Source of the DNA: an uncultured Candidatus Saccharibacteria bacterium
Lineage (GTDB): Bacteria; Patescibacteriota; Minisyncoccia; UBA6257; 1-14-0-10-44-23
Reading direction: 5' to 3'
NCBI GenBank assembly: GCA_964549935.1
Contig: CAZJVT010000001.1
Location: 27,922-91,921 of the forward strand
DNA: 64,000 nt
Both the position numbers and the translations under genes were made by a program. The notes under the pieces were generated by a model that saw nothing but the letters and a program-made list of their open reading frames with translations, searched no databases and was not told the DNA's origin. Below are positions 1 to 8,479 of this stretch, one piece after another (within the stretch, counting starts at the first letter, position 1; every line of letters begins with the position of its first letter).

Positions 1-228
1 AAGATTGACCACAACCTTTCGGTTTTCCTGACTCGGAGCTTTGACGCCGACGTTTTTAAGCGCTGCATTAAGACGTTCTTTTGATTCAGCTAACGCTTTG
101 TCGGCAAGTCCGACGATAGTAAATGAATGTAGACCAGTGTGTACGTCTGTTTCGACTTCAATGAGCCGCGCTTCAATACCGTCTAACTCTGCGGAGTAGA
201 CTTTAGATAATGAACGTTTTGTAGCCAT
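1..228 (-). CDS. comM: ComM/YifB-family Mg-chelatase-like ATPase, N-terminal part (runs off window)
   Basis: Manual translation from ATG at 228: MATKRSLSKVYSAELDGIEARLIEVETDVHTGLHSFTIVGLADKALAESKERLNAALKN...KVVVNL, the typical ComM N-terminus. Confidence 0.85.
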   Translation of the reverse strand, partial: MATKRSLSKVYSAELDGIEARLIEVETDVHTGLHSFTIVGLADKALAESKERLNAALKNVGVKAPSQENRKVVVNL

Positions 229-239
229 ACGAGCTAGGC

Positions 240-575
240 TTAACGCATCGCTGCTTTGCAGGCCTTGCAGTAGCGGCTCTCCGGGTCAACTTTCAAAAGC
301 TCAACTTCAATCTCTTTTTTGCACTTCTCGCAAAAACCATATTTGCCCTGTTCCATCTTTTGCAGTGCATCATCAACGCGATGCGCACGACGCTTGAGCG
401 TCTCCACCATTCCGGCTTGCGCAGCCATTTCAGTTGCTTCATCTGCCTCTTCTTCGAAAGAATCAATATCGTCACCCATATCAACCGGCTTGCGCAGCTT
501 CGTGATTTGGCCCATAAGCATTGTTTTGAGAGAAACGAGCTGCTTCTTGAAGTATCCGACAAGTTTTATATCCAT
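240..575 (-). CDS. DksA/TraR-family C4 zinc-finger protein
   Basis: Coiled coil with acidic tip (EEEADEA), then GKYGFCEKC...RYCKAC. Confidence 0.85.
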   Translation of the reverse strand: MDIKLVGYFKKQLVSLKTMLMGQITKLRKPVDMGDDIDSFEEEADEATEMAAQAGMVETLKRRAHRVDDALQKMEQGKYGFCEKCKKEIEVELLKVDPESRYCKACKAAMR

Positions 576-601
576 ATGTGTAAGTTTACCTCACAGAGCT
601 A

Positions 602-1717
602 TTAGGCCGCAAGCCTGCGTCTTTTCTGCTCTTCGTCTTTCTTTTTCTGTCGCGCAAGATAATCAGCCGCAGAGATAACCTTGCCGCCAAATCTATTCTC
701 GCCGGAACCATTCTCGCCCGAGCTACTAATCGGACCTTCCGTCATCTCCTCCGGCAGATCTGCGTAAGGACTATCTAGCTCTGCGCGTCGCGCAACCTCG
801 GCCTCAATATCTCCACTTTCATCACCGCCGCCCTCTCCGCCTTGCGGAGCTTGCGCTTTAACCGGAGACGTCTTTTTCTCGGTAGCAATTTTACCCACAC
901 CATACTGCTCACCAACGCCAGTGGCTTTGTTGGTGCCGCCTGCTGCTTCAGCTTCGCCGGGTAAGCCTCCTCCCTCAATCCCTCCAGCTAAATTTTGGAT
1001 ACCTTCTGTGGCGCCTGCCGCTCCAGCCTGACTGATTGATTCGCCCCGTTGAAGCCCTTCGGCGGTCCTCGCAACGCCACCGGCGGCGCCTTCTACCACT
1101 GCAGCTTCTGGGACGGCGTACTTAGCAACTCCGGCAACTTTTTGGACACCTCGTGCCACCGGCGCGACTGTAGCTAATGCTTTCTTCCCGCTATGAATAA
1201 CGTAAGCAGTTACCAGGATAGCGGTGCACTGCGGCAACGAAGAGATAAAAGGGAAGAAGCCGGAGAAACCTAGAATGTTTGCTATTTTATTAAACTTCTT
1301 AAGCGCCTCTTCGTCTCCCTTACCGACTCCGGCGGCCTTAAGAATTAACTTAAAAAGAAATACGGCCGGCGGCTTAATCAAAGAATCGAGGATGAAACCG
1401 GCGCCAAGCAAAAAATCGAGCGCGATACATATCGCATCAATAAAAACTGCGGGTATCGCCAACAAAACCCAAATTGCTGTTGACGGACCTTCGCCTGCAC
1501 TGGCTTGCTGAGACCCCTCACTATCCGTGCCCCCATTCTCTTCTGGGCCCATTTCTCCGTCGCCTCCAACGCCGCCCGGCATTTGATCTCTATACATTGC
1601 ACCATCAGCACCGACGCCATTAGGCATAGTCTCTGTGGGATATTTCGGCCGAGTGGACCCAGAGGATAGTTGAGAGGTTTTTGGGGCGGCACTTTTAACC
1701 GCTGTGTCTAAAGCCAT
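602..1717 (-). CDS. Hypothetical membrane protein with low-complexity termini
   Basis: 371-aa ORF with central hydrophobic helices; TATACT 6 nt before the ATG. Confidence 0.65.
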   Translation of the reverse strand: MALDTAVKSAAPKTSQLSSGSTRPKYPTETMPNGVGADGAMYRDQMPGGVGGDGEMGPEENGGTDSEGSQQASAGEGPSTAIWVLLAIPAVFIDAICIALDFLLGAGFILDSLIKPPAVFLFKLILKAAGVGKGDEEALKKFNKIANILGFSGFFPFISSLPQCTAILVTAYVIHSGKKALATVAPVARGVQKVAGVAKYAVPEAAVVEGAAGGVARTAEGLQRGESISQAGAAGATEGIQNLAGGIEGGGLPGEAEAAGGTNKATGVGEQYGVGKIATEKKTSPVKAQAPQGGEGGGDESGDIEAEVARRAELDSPYADLPEEMTEGPISSSGENGSGENRFGGKVISAADYLARQKKKDEEQKRRRLAA

Positions 1718-1818
1718 GCTTACAGTATAACGTAAAAACGCTACGAAATACGAAAGGTGCCTTACGAAAGTACGAACGGGTCTTTATTTCGTAAAAGTTC
1801 GTATTTCGAAGTAACCCA

Positions 1819-2838
1819 TTACTCCCAAGTTCGTATCTCGAAGTGCACGTGCGGACCCGTAGAGTGACCAGTTGAACCGCTAAGACCAATAACTTGCCCC
1901 TTCTTAACCTTGTCACCCGGAACGACTAGCAAATCGCTTAAGTGCGCATAAAGCGTCTGGATGGCAAAGCCGGAGTCCATCACGAAATCAGGGTGCTCGA
2001 TAACAACATAGTTACCATAACCGCCATTCCAGCCGTTAAAAGCTTTTAAGACTATACCGTCTGCGGAGGCAGCAACCGGAGTTCCTACCGGAACCGGTAA
2101 GTCGTGGGCGGTCTGCCAATACTTACCATCGCCGTGCGCCGGCCCGACCGGAGCCTGCACAGGATATTTAAATGCCTTGGGCATATCGCCGTTAAAGGCA
2201 ATTTTTGATGCAGGACGAGCTTGATCTAGCGTTGGGAGCGGCAAAAGTAGCTGATCGCCAACGATGAGCGGACCATCCGCAAGCTTATTCAGCTTAATTA
2301 GTTCTTTTTCATTGACATGATTCTTCTGCGCGACGGAAAAAGTTGTGTCGCCTGGGCCAACGCTATAAATGAGACTGCCGGATTGCGTCACCTTTGTGCC
2401 ATTAAACAAAAGGGCGCCCTCGCCTCCGGCGGCCCCGCTTGAAACCTGGGCGACTGGCAGGAGAGTGGCGCTATCATCAATTCCTTCATCAAAAACGCCC
2501 GTAGCAGCATAGGCGACTCCTTGCTCGAAGAGAGCATGCTGGCTTTCTTCCCTCCGAGCCTCTGGACCACCGTAAATGAGCTCCGTCGAAGGCTTCGGTG
2601 AGACTGAAAAGGCGACCTCCGCAAAGAGGGCGATAAAGGCGAAAACGAGAGCAACCCCAACAGTCCTCGGCAACACCGAGGTTAGTCGCTTGCTCATAGC
2701 AAGAGAAGCCTTTAACGTATATTTTGTGCGGGTTGCCGCCGCTTGCAGCCAGATACCGCTCATCAATTTTTCTTTCATATTTTTGTTGCCCAGCTCTGTC
2801 ATATTCACCGCCGATTGGCAATGTTTCGCTCTGGGCAA
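1819..2838 (-). CDS. LysM plus M23 peptidoglycan endopeptidase (true start probably downstream)
   Basis: LysM-like YSVGPGDT...LNKL; M23 motifs AHDL...GTPVAA, GGYGNYVVIEH, YAHL, GHSTGPHVHFEI. Confidence 0.9.
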   Translation of the reverse strand: MPRAKHCQSAVNMTELGNKNMKEKLMSGIWLQAAATRTKYTLKASLAMSKRLTSVLPRTVGVALVFAFIALFAEVAFSVSPKPSTELIYGGPEARREESQHALFEQGVAYAATGVFDEGIDDSATLLPVAQVSSGAAGGEGALLFNGTKVTQSGSLIYSVGPGDTTFSVAQKNHVNEKELIKLNKLADGPLIVGDQLLLPLPTLDQARPASKIAFNGDMPKAFKYPVQAPVGPAHGDGKYWQTAHDLPVPVGTPVAASADGIVLKAFNGWNGGYGNYVVIEHPDFVMDSGFAIQTLYAHLSDLLVVPGDKVKKGQVIGLSGSTGHSTGPHVHFEIRTWE

Positions 2839-2975
2839 TAAGGTCTAATACTACCAGAAATCGAACAGTCTGTCGAGCTAGACAGACGGCGAAAAAACGA
2901 GTAGAAACTATCACGAAAATTACCCAGAAATGACCTCCTTTTTAAGAACCTATGCTAGAATTGCTGAACTAATTT

Positions 2976-4823
2976 ATGACCTCACTCAACCCAGACCAAG
3001 ATCGTGCCGTAAACCATCCAGGAGGCCCACTTTTGATGGCGGCTGGTGCCGGATCGGGCAAAACCAGGGCTTTGACGAGCCGTTTAAAGGCGCTTATTGC
3101 CCGGGGAATACCGCCGCACGAAATCGTGTCGATTACCTTCACTAACAAAGCCGCCAAAGAGATGCGCGAGCGCGTTTTTGGTAAAGAGCGAGCCGAGATG
3201 AAGTGGACGCCTTATTTTCCTGTTTACGGGGAACCTTTCATCGGTACCTTCCACTCGTTTGGCGCCAAACTTCTTAAGAATGAGGCTGCGCTGCTCGGAC
3301 GAACGCCGGCTTTTTCGATTTTTGATGATGATGACTCGGCGGGCATCATCAAACAAATTCTCAAGGCGATGGATTTGAGCAAAGAGCTCTTTAAGCCAAA
3401 AGTGCTGGCTGGCCGCATCAGCTCGCTAAAGAGCGAACTCAAGGGCATCTCCGAACTCTACGAGTCCCCGGACAACCGTGACCAAATTTTCGCCGAGATT
3501 TTTACGCGTTACGAACAGGCTCTTAAAGCAAATAATGCCTTCGACTTCGATGACCTGATCGCCAAACCGGTGACGCTGTTTCACTCGCACCCGGAGATAC
3601 TGCAAAAATATCAAAAGCTTTTTAGCCACATCCTGGTCGACGAGTACCAGGACATCAACACCTCGCAGTACCAACTCGTGCGACTCCTCGCGCGTGAGCA
3701 TAAAAATATCAGCGTGGTCGGCGATGACTTCCAATCAATCTATGCATTTCGCGGTGCCGACTTCCGTAACTTTTTAAATTTTACGAAGGACTGGCCAAAT
3801 GCCACGCTCATTAAGCTCGAGCAGAACTACCGCTCAAGCGCCAATATCATCGAGGCCGCCAATGCCGTCATTAAAAACAACACCGTCCAGACACCAAAAG
3901 ATTTGTGGACCGAGAATCCGGCGGGGGACAAGGTTCGCATTGTAGCAGCAAACGACGGCGATTCAGAAGCCGCCTGGATAGCGGGTGAGATTTGGAATCT
4001 GCGCCGACAAAACCCGGATGCCGAGATCGCAATTTTATATCGCACTAATGCGCAGTCGCGCGCGATTGAGCAATCGCTGCTTTCGGCCAATCTTCCTTAC
4101 AAAATCTTTGGCGGGCTAAAGTTTTACGACCGCAAAGAAATCAAAGACGTCCTCGCCGGACTTCGTTTGGCCAACAACCCGCTCGATACTATGAGCGCCG
4201 AGCGACTCCAGGCCTCACTCGGCAAACGCGCGAGCGCACCGGTTATCACCGCCATGCAAGCGGCAGGAGACAGGGGCCAGGAGACAGGAGACAGCGCAGA
4301 GAAAAAAGGGATCGCCGTGATCATCGATACCTTTATGCGCTCTGCCAACTACTTATCATTTTTGGAAGAAAAGTTTACCAACGCCCAGGAACGCACAGAA
4401 AACATCATGGAGCTTGTGCGTTTTGCCGGGGAGTTCGAGAGCCTCGCGGAGTTTCTGGAACGTGCCTCGCTGCTACAATCCGCTGATACACCCAGCGATG
4501 CGCAGGGAAGTAATGCAAACCCGGTTAACCTGATGACGATTCATATCGCCAAAGGTCTGGAGTTTGACTACGTCTTCATCATCGGCGTTAATGAAGGTAT
4601 GCTGCCGCATGAGCGCTCGATGGATAAGCTCGACCAGGTAGAGGAGGAGCGCCGCTTGATGTACGTCGCGATGACTCGAGCCCGCAAGCGGCTCTACGTG
4701 CTCTTTCACGCCTTTGCCAGCCGTTTCGTGTATGAAATCCCGCGAGATATTTGCGAATTCATCAGCTGCGATGGCTTAAGCGACAAGCTGCGAGATGAGG
4801 ATGAGATGTGGATCGAAAACTAA
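2976..4823 (+). CDS. pcrA: UvrD/PcrA superfamily 1 DNA helicase
   Basis: AGAGSGKT, TFTNKAA, VDEYQD, VGDDFQSIYAFRGA, LEQNYRS, TIHIAKGLEF, EEERRLMYVAMTRA. Confidence 0.95.
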   Translation: MTSLNPDQDRAVNHPGGPLLMAAGAGSGKTRALTSRLKALIARGIPPHEIVSITFTNKAAKEMRERVFGKERAEMKWTPYFPVYGEPFIGTFHSFGAKLLKNEAALLGRTPAFSIFDDDDSAGIIKQILKAMDLSKELFKPKVLAGRISSLKSELKGISELYESPDNRDQIFAEIFTRYEQALKANNAFDFDDLIAKPVTLFHSHPEILQKYQKLFSHILVDEYQDINTSQYQLVRLLAREHKNISVVGDDFQSIYAFRGADFRNFLNFTKDWPNATLIKLEQNYRSSANIIEAANAVIKNNTVQTPKDLWTENPAGDKVRIVAANDGDSEAAWIAGEIWNLRRQNPDAEIAILYRTNAQSRAIEQSLLSANLPYKIFGGLKFYDRKEIKDVLAGLRLANNPLDTMSAERLQASLGKRASAPVITAMQAAGDRGQETGDSAEKKGIAVIIDTFMRSANYLSFLEEKFTNAQERTENIMELVRFAGEFESLAEFLERASLLQSADTPSDAQGSNANPVNLMTIHIAKGLEFDYVFIIGVNEGMLPHERSMDKLDQVEEERRLMYVAMTRARKRLYVLFHAFASRFVYEIPRDICEFISCDGLSDKLRDEDEMWIEN

Positions 4824-4831
4824 TTATTGCT

Positions 4832-5620
4832 ATGGGAGAAAAGCTTGGCCAACATTTTTTAATTAACACTGGGGCGATAACAAAAATTATTGCTGGACTC
4901 CAACTGCAAAAAGGGGAGGGCGTTATTGAAATTGGCCCAGGCGCGGGAGCACTCACGAAGCCGCTCGCCGAACTCTGCGCTCAATTAAACTGTAAACTGC
5001 AGTGTATCGAAAAAGATCCTGAATTAGTTAATTCGTTAGCTAGTGAATTTGTTAGTTCGCAAAACGTAGAAATAATCAGCGGAGATGCTCTTATTGAACT
5101 TCCGAAGCTAACTAACCAACTAACCAAGCAACTAGCTAACTATAAAGTAGTCGGCAATATCCCGTACTACATCACCGGGCACTTGCTGCGCACGATAGGG
5201 GAGCTCGAGCACAAGCCGGCGGTTACAGTGCTCATGATCCAAAAAGAAGTGGCGGAGCGCCTTACCGCAGAAGCTGGAGCAAACAATCTGCTCGCCGCTG
5301 CGACCCAGATTTGGGCAGATGCAGAACTCCTTTTTAAATTGCCACCGAAAGACTTCGACCCGCCGCCGCAGGTTTGGTCTGCGGTTATTAGACTCACGCA
5401 AAAAAAATCTCAACCGACACTGGAGGCAGCGAAAAAGTATTATGACGCGCTGCATGTCATTTTTAAGCAACCGAGAAAAACGCTCCTGAACAATTTGAGC
5501 GAAAAAGTCAGCAGGGAAGAGGCTTGCGAGCTCCTCGAATCTCTCAAATTACCCGAAAAAACTCGCCCTCAAGACCTCTCTCTTGAGCAGATTCAGAGAC
5601 TGGCGGCTACGCTCGCCTAG
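4832..5620 (+). CDS. rsmA: 16S rRNA m6,2A dimethyltransferase RsmA/KsgA
   Basis: KLGQHFL, EIGPGAG, VVGNIPYYIT, MIQKEVAERL, FDPPPQV. Confidence 0.95.
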   Translation: MGEKLGQHFLINTGAITKIIAGLQLQKGEGVIEIGPGAGALTKPLAELCAQLNCKLQCIEKDPELVNSLASEFVSSQNVEIISGDALIELPKLTNQLTKQLANYKVVGNIPYYITGHLLRTIGELEHKPAVTVLMIQKEVAERLTAEAGANNLLAAATQIWADAELLFKLPPKDFDPPPQVWSAVIRLTQKKSQPTLEAAKKYYDALHVIFKQPRKTLLNNLSEKVSREEACELLESLKLPEKTRPQDLSLEQIQRLAATLA

Positions 5621-5713
5621 GCTCGGTTAATTTTACGCAGATTAACAGCTTATTCACACCTTATCCCGTGGTATACTTTTTGTAGGACTCGTCTATCTCG
5701 GGTCTACCTGACG

Positions 5714-6460
5714 ATGAACTATAAAATCGTATCAGTTGGCGTCCTTTTGCTTGCATCTACAGTGGCAGGGTTAGTTTTATTTACGAAAAACTCCGAACAA
5801 GTATTTAAAGCCCCGGAAGGGGCTATCGCGAAACAAGATATTTTGAAGGCCCCTGACCCTCAAACGATCCGAGCGACTCTGCCGACAGTGACCAACCAAG
5901 TTGCCCAATCTATCGCGCAAGACATTCTTAACCGCAATCCACAGGGCCCGCAACCGTCCAAAAACCTAGCCGGGGTAAGCAGCATAACCGCTCTTGACCC
6001 TAAACTCGTCGCAAGCAAAATTCTTGAAGAAGACGTACAGAAAGCGACGACTGCTATTTTTGCGGGGGCGCCGAAATCAGAAGAAATAAATCAAAGTTCT
6101 TCGGCTTCACCGGCCGAATACTTAAAGAACAGGGGCGAAATTATAAAAGCGGCTCAGTTACGACTAGCTCCTTATCAAGGTAAAAAATTTACAGACGCAA
6201 CCCTGACAGTAATGCGCGACACAATCCGATCAACGCTGGGAGCAATGAACGCATTGCAGGTTCCACCAAGCCTCATCTCAATCCACAGCGAGCAGGTGCG
6301 TCTTTTGAAGGCTCAATTCGCTATTTTCGACAACATTCTGAACCGCGACACTGACCCCGTCGCCGCCTCTGTTTCAATCTCTCTCATACAAAAGGTTAAC
6401 GAAGACCTTGCAACGCTAAGCCGAACAATTAAGGCTTATATAGCACAGCACTCTTCTTAA
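5714..6460 (+). CDS. Membrane-anchored helical hypothetical protein, first gene of the T4SS-like cluster
   Basis: 248-aa ORF with N-terminal TM segment, tightly packed with downstream genes. Confidence 0.7.
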   Translation: MNYKIVSVGVLLLASTVAGLVLFTKNSEQVFKAPEGAIAKQDILKAPDPQTIRATLPTVTNQVAQSIAQDILNRNPQGPQPSKNLAGVSSITALDPKLVASKILEEDVQKATTAIFAGAPKSEEINQSSSASPAEYLKNRGEIIKAAQLRLAPYQGKKFTDATLTVMRDTIRSTLGAMNALQVPPSLISIHSEQVRLLKAQFAIFDNILNRDTDPVAASVSISLIQKVNEDLATLSRTIKAYIAQHSS

Positions 6461-6463
6461 AAT

Positions 6464-8473
6464 ATGCGAAGCTGGTTCTCAAAAACTATAACAAGCGTCG
6501 TGCTTCTCACAATAATTGGGAGCATGATTGTGTTTCCACAGCCGGCATCGGCAGTTATACCAGTCACAGAAGACAACCCGCTGGTCCTTGTGCCAGAAGC
6601 GGAAACTTCTATCGCAACCAACGCAACTGCGATAACGTCCGCTGAAACTTCCATCGCAGTCGGTCTTGATGCATCAGCGAACATCGCGAACCTTGGGCAA
6701 AAACTTTTTGAGTGGGCCCAAACGACCCTTATCCAGAGCATCAAAAAAGCCCTGCTTGATTACTTAGTAAACCGAGTCATCAATTACATAAAGGGCGCAA
6801 AAGATGGTGGTTTTATTGGTGATTGGCAGTCGTACCTTTCGGGCGTAGTCGCGACGCAACTACAGATTTTCGGTCAACGAGTGGTAGGCGTAGATATTTG
6901 CGCTCCATTCAGCGCTCAACTCAAATTAGCTTTCAATCTTCCGCCAGTGCAAGAATTTGGTGACAAAATAACTTGTACCTTCGACCAAATCGGCGAGAAT
7001 ATTCAAGACTTCCAAAGCGACTTTCAACACGGGAAATGGCTGGCATATAGTAAATCGTGGGAGTCAAACAATAACGGTTATGGAGTTTTCTTGACTGCCT
7101 CGCTCGCCCAATCAGCTGATGTCATTGCCGCCAAAGAAACTTCGCTTAGCGAGGCTGTTTCCGGGCAGGGCTTCTTGAGCAAAAAAGTCTGCACAGGTAA
7201 GCTACCGGAGCCAGATTCATCGAAAGGGGAGTTGCCCGGCCCGGATATCGACGGAGAAAATGGGCCGAATGATGACCCCGCGACCTGCTCTATTGTAACA
7301 CCGGGAGCCGTTGTAAGTGGCGCAGTGACCCAGGCGATGGGGGCTGATTATGGCTACATTAATAGTCTGACTGGGACTGACATTGGTCCTTATATCGCTG
7401 CGATTGCCAATGCCATGGTCGGCCGCATCTTGGATGAAGGTCTCGGCTTGGTAGCCAAGGCGGCAAGCTCAGACCCGCCAGACATCAACAGTTATGTCAA
7501 TGTTGCGAGCGTCACTCGTTCAGCCGCGCAACGCTTCCGTAATGAGAGTCAGCGAATGAAGGTCTCTGTGCGGGACTCAATCCAGGACCGCCTTACGGCG
7601 CAGGCCTTCGTCACAAGTGCCTCAACCACGTGGCTAAAGTTTACTCATAATCCAGATGACATAATCCAGGACGCGATTGACCAAATATCTACAGCGCGCC
7701 AGGTTCTTACCTACACCTATAATGAGCTAAGCAAGGTAATCAAGCGGTCGCAAATAAAAACCTGGCCTAATGGAGTGCCGAGCCTCTGTTCGCCAGTTAA
7801 AAATTTGGCCTCTATCGACAACACCGCACTGCCGGGTATCCAAAAACGAATCGCTTTAGCAAGCGAAGCTCTTGATACTCTTGCGATTGCCCACGATGAC
7901 TACCCGGAACTTGACCCAGAATTTGTTGTTATCGCTACGACGACTAGATTTTCTACCGGGAATGACAACGATGCTTTCTTGGAGCAAATCGCGGATGCTT
8001 CTGTAGACAGCCTCGGACTTGGCCCAGCAGATGTCGATCCTTCGGAAGAACACAACATTGATCAGCTAGCAATATTAAAAGAGGTGCAGTATGAATTAGA
8101 TTATCAACTTCTCGAGAACACCACGAGTACTCAAGCTCGCCTCGGGGACTTGAACAACGTACTTGGAGACAGCGCAGTCAATAATGCGCGCCAATTCAAA
8201 AATGCGATGCAAAAAATCGACAACGACATCGAGAAGGTCTTTAAAGTTGCAACCGCCTACGCGGATCGTCTCTCGAAGTGCTTGAAGCCTCGCGACGAAA
8301 ATGATCTCGATAATGGAGTTGTGGTTGGATGGACGGCGAACGACCCAGGAGATGAATCAATCGGGAAGCCGGCACGAAACCCCGGCTTCCCCTGGGAAAC
8401 CGACGCTGACATACAAAATCAAACCGAAACGATTGATAATGCAACGTCCTCGGACGACTACGCGCCACAATAA
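6464..8473 (+). CDS. Large secreted protein of the T4SS-like cluster
   Basis: Signal peptide ending PASA, paired Cys residues, position upstream of the VirB6-like gene. Confidence 0.65.
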   Translation: MRSWFSKTITSVVLLTIIGSMIVFPQPASAVIPVTEDNPLVLVPEAETSIATNATAITSAETSIAVGLDASANIANLGQKLFEWAQTTLIQSIKKALLDYLVNRVINYIKGAKDGGFIGDWQSYLSGVVATQLQIFGQRVVGVDICAPFSAQLKLAFNLPPVQEFGDKITCTFDQIGENIQDFQSDFQHGKWLAYSKSWESNNNGYGVFLTASLAQSADVIAAKETSLSEAVSGQGFLSKKVCTGKLPEPDSSKGELPGPDIDGENGPNDDPATCSIVTPGAVVSGAVTQAMGADYGYINSLTGTDIGPYIAAIANAMVGRILDEGLGLVAKAASSDPPDINSYVNVASVTRSAAQRFRNESQRMKVSVRDSIQDRLTAQAFVTSASTTWLKFTHNPDDIIQDAIDQISTARQVLTYTYNELSKVIKRSQIKTWPNGVPSLCSPVKNLASIDNTALPGIQKRIALASEALDTLAIAHDDYPELDPEFVVIATTTRFSTGNDNDAFLEQIADASVDSLGLGPADVDPSEEHNIDQLAILKEVQYELDYQLLENTTSTQARLGDLNNVLGDSAVNNARQFKNAMQKIDNDIEKVFKVATAYADRLSKCLKPRDENDLDNGVVVGWTANDPGDESIGKPARNPGFPWETDADIQNQTETIDNATSSDDYAPQ

Positions 8474-8479
8474 ACTCTT

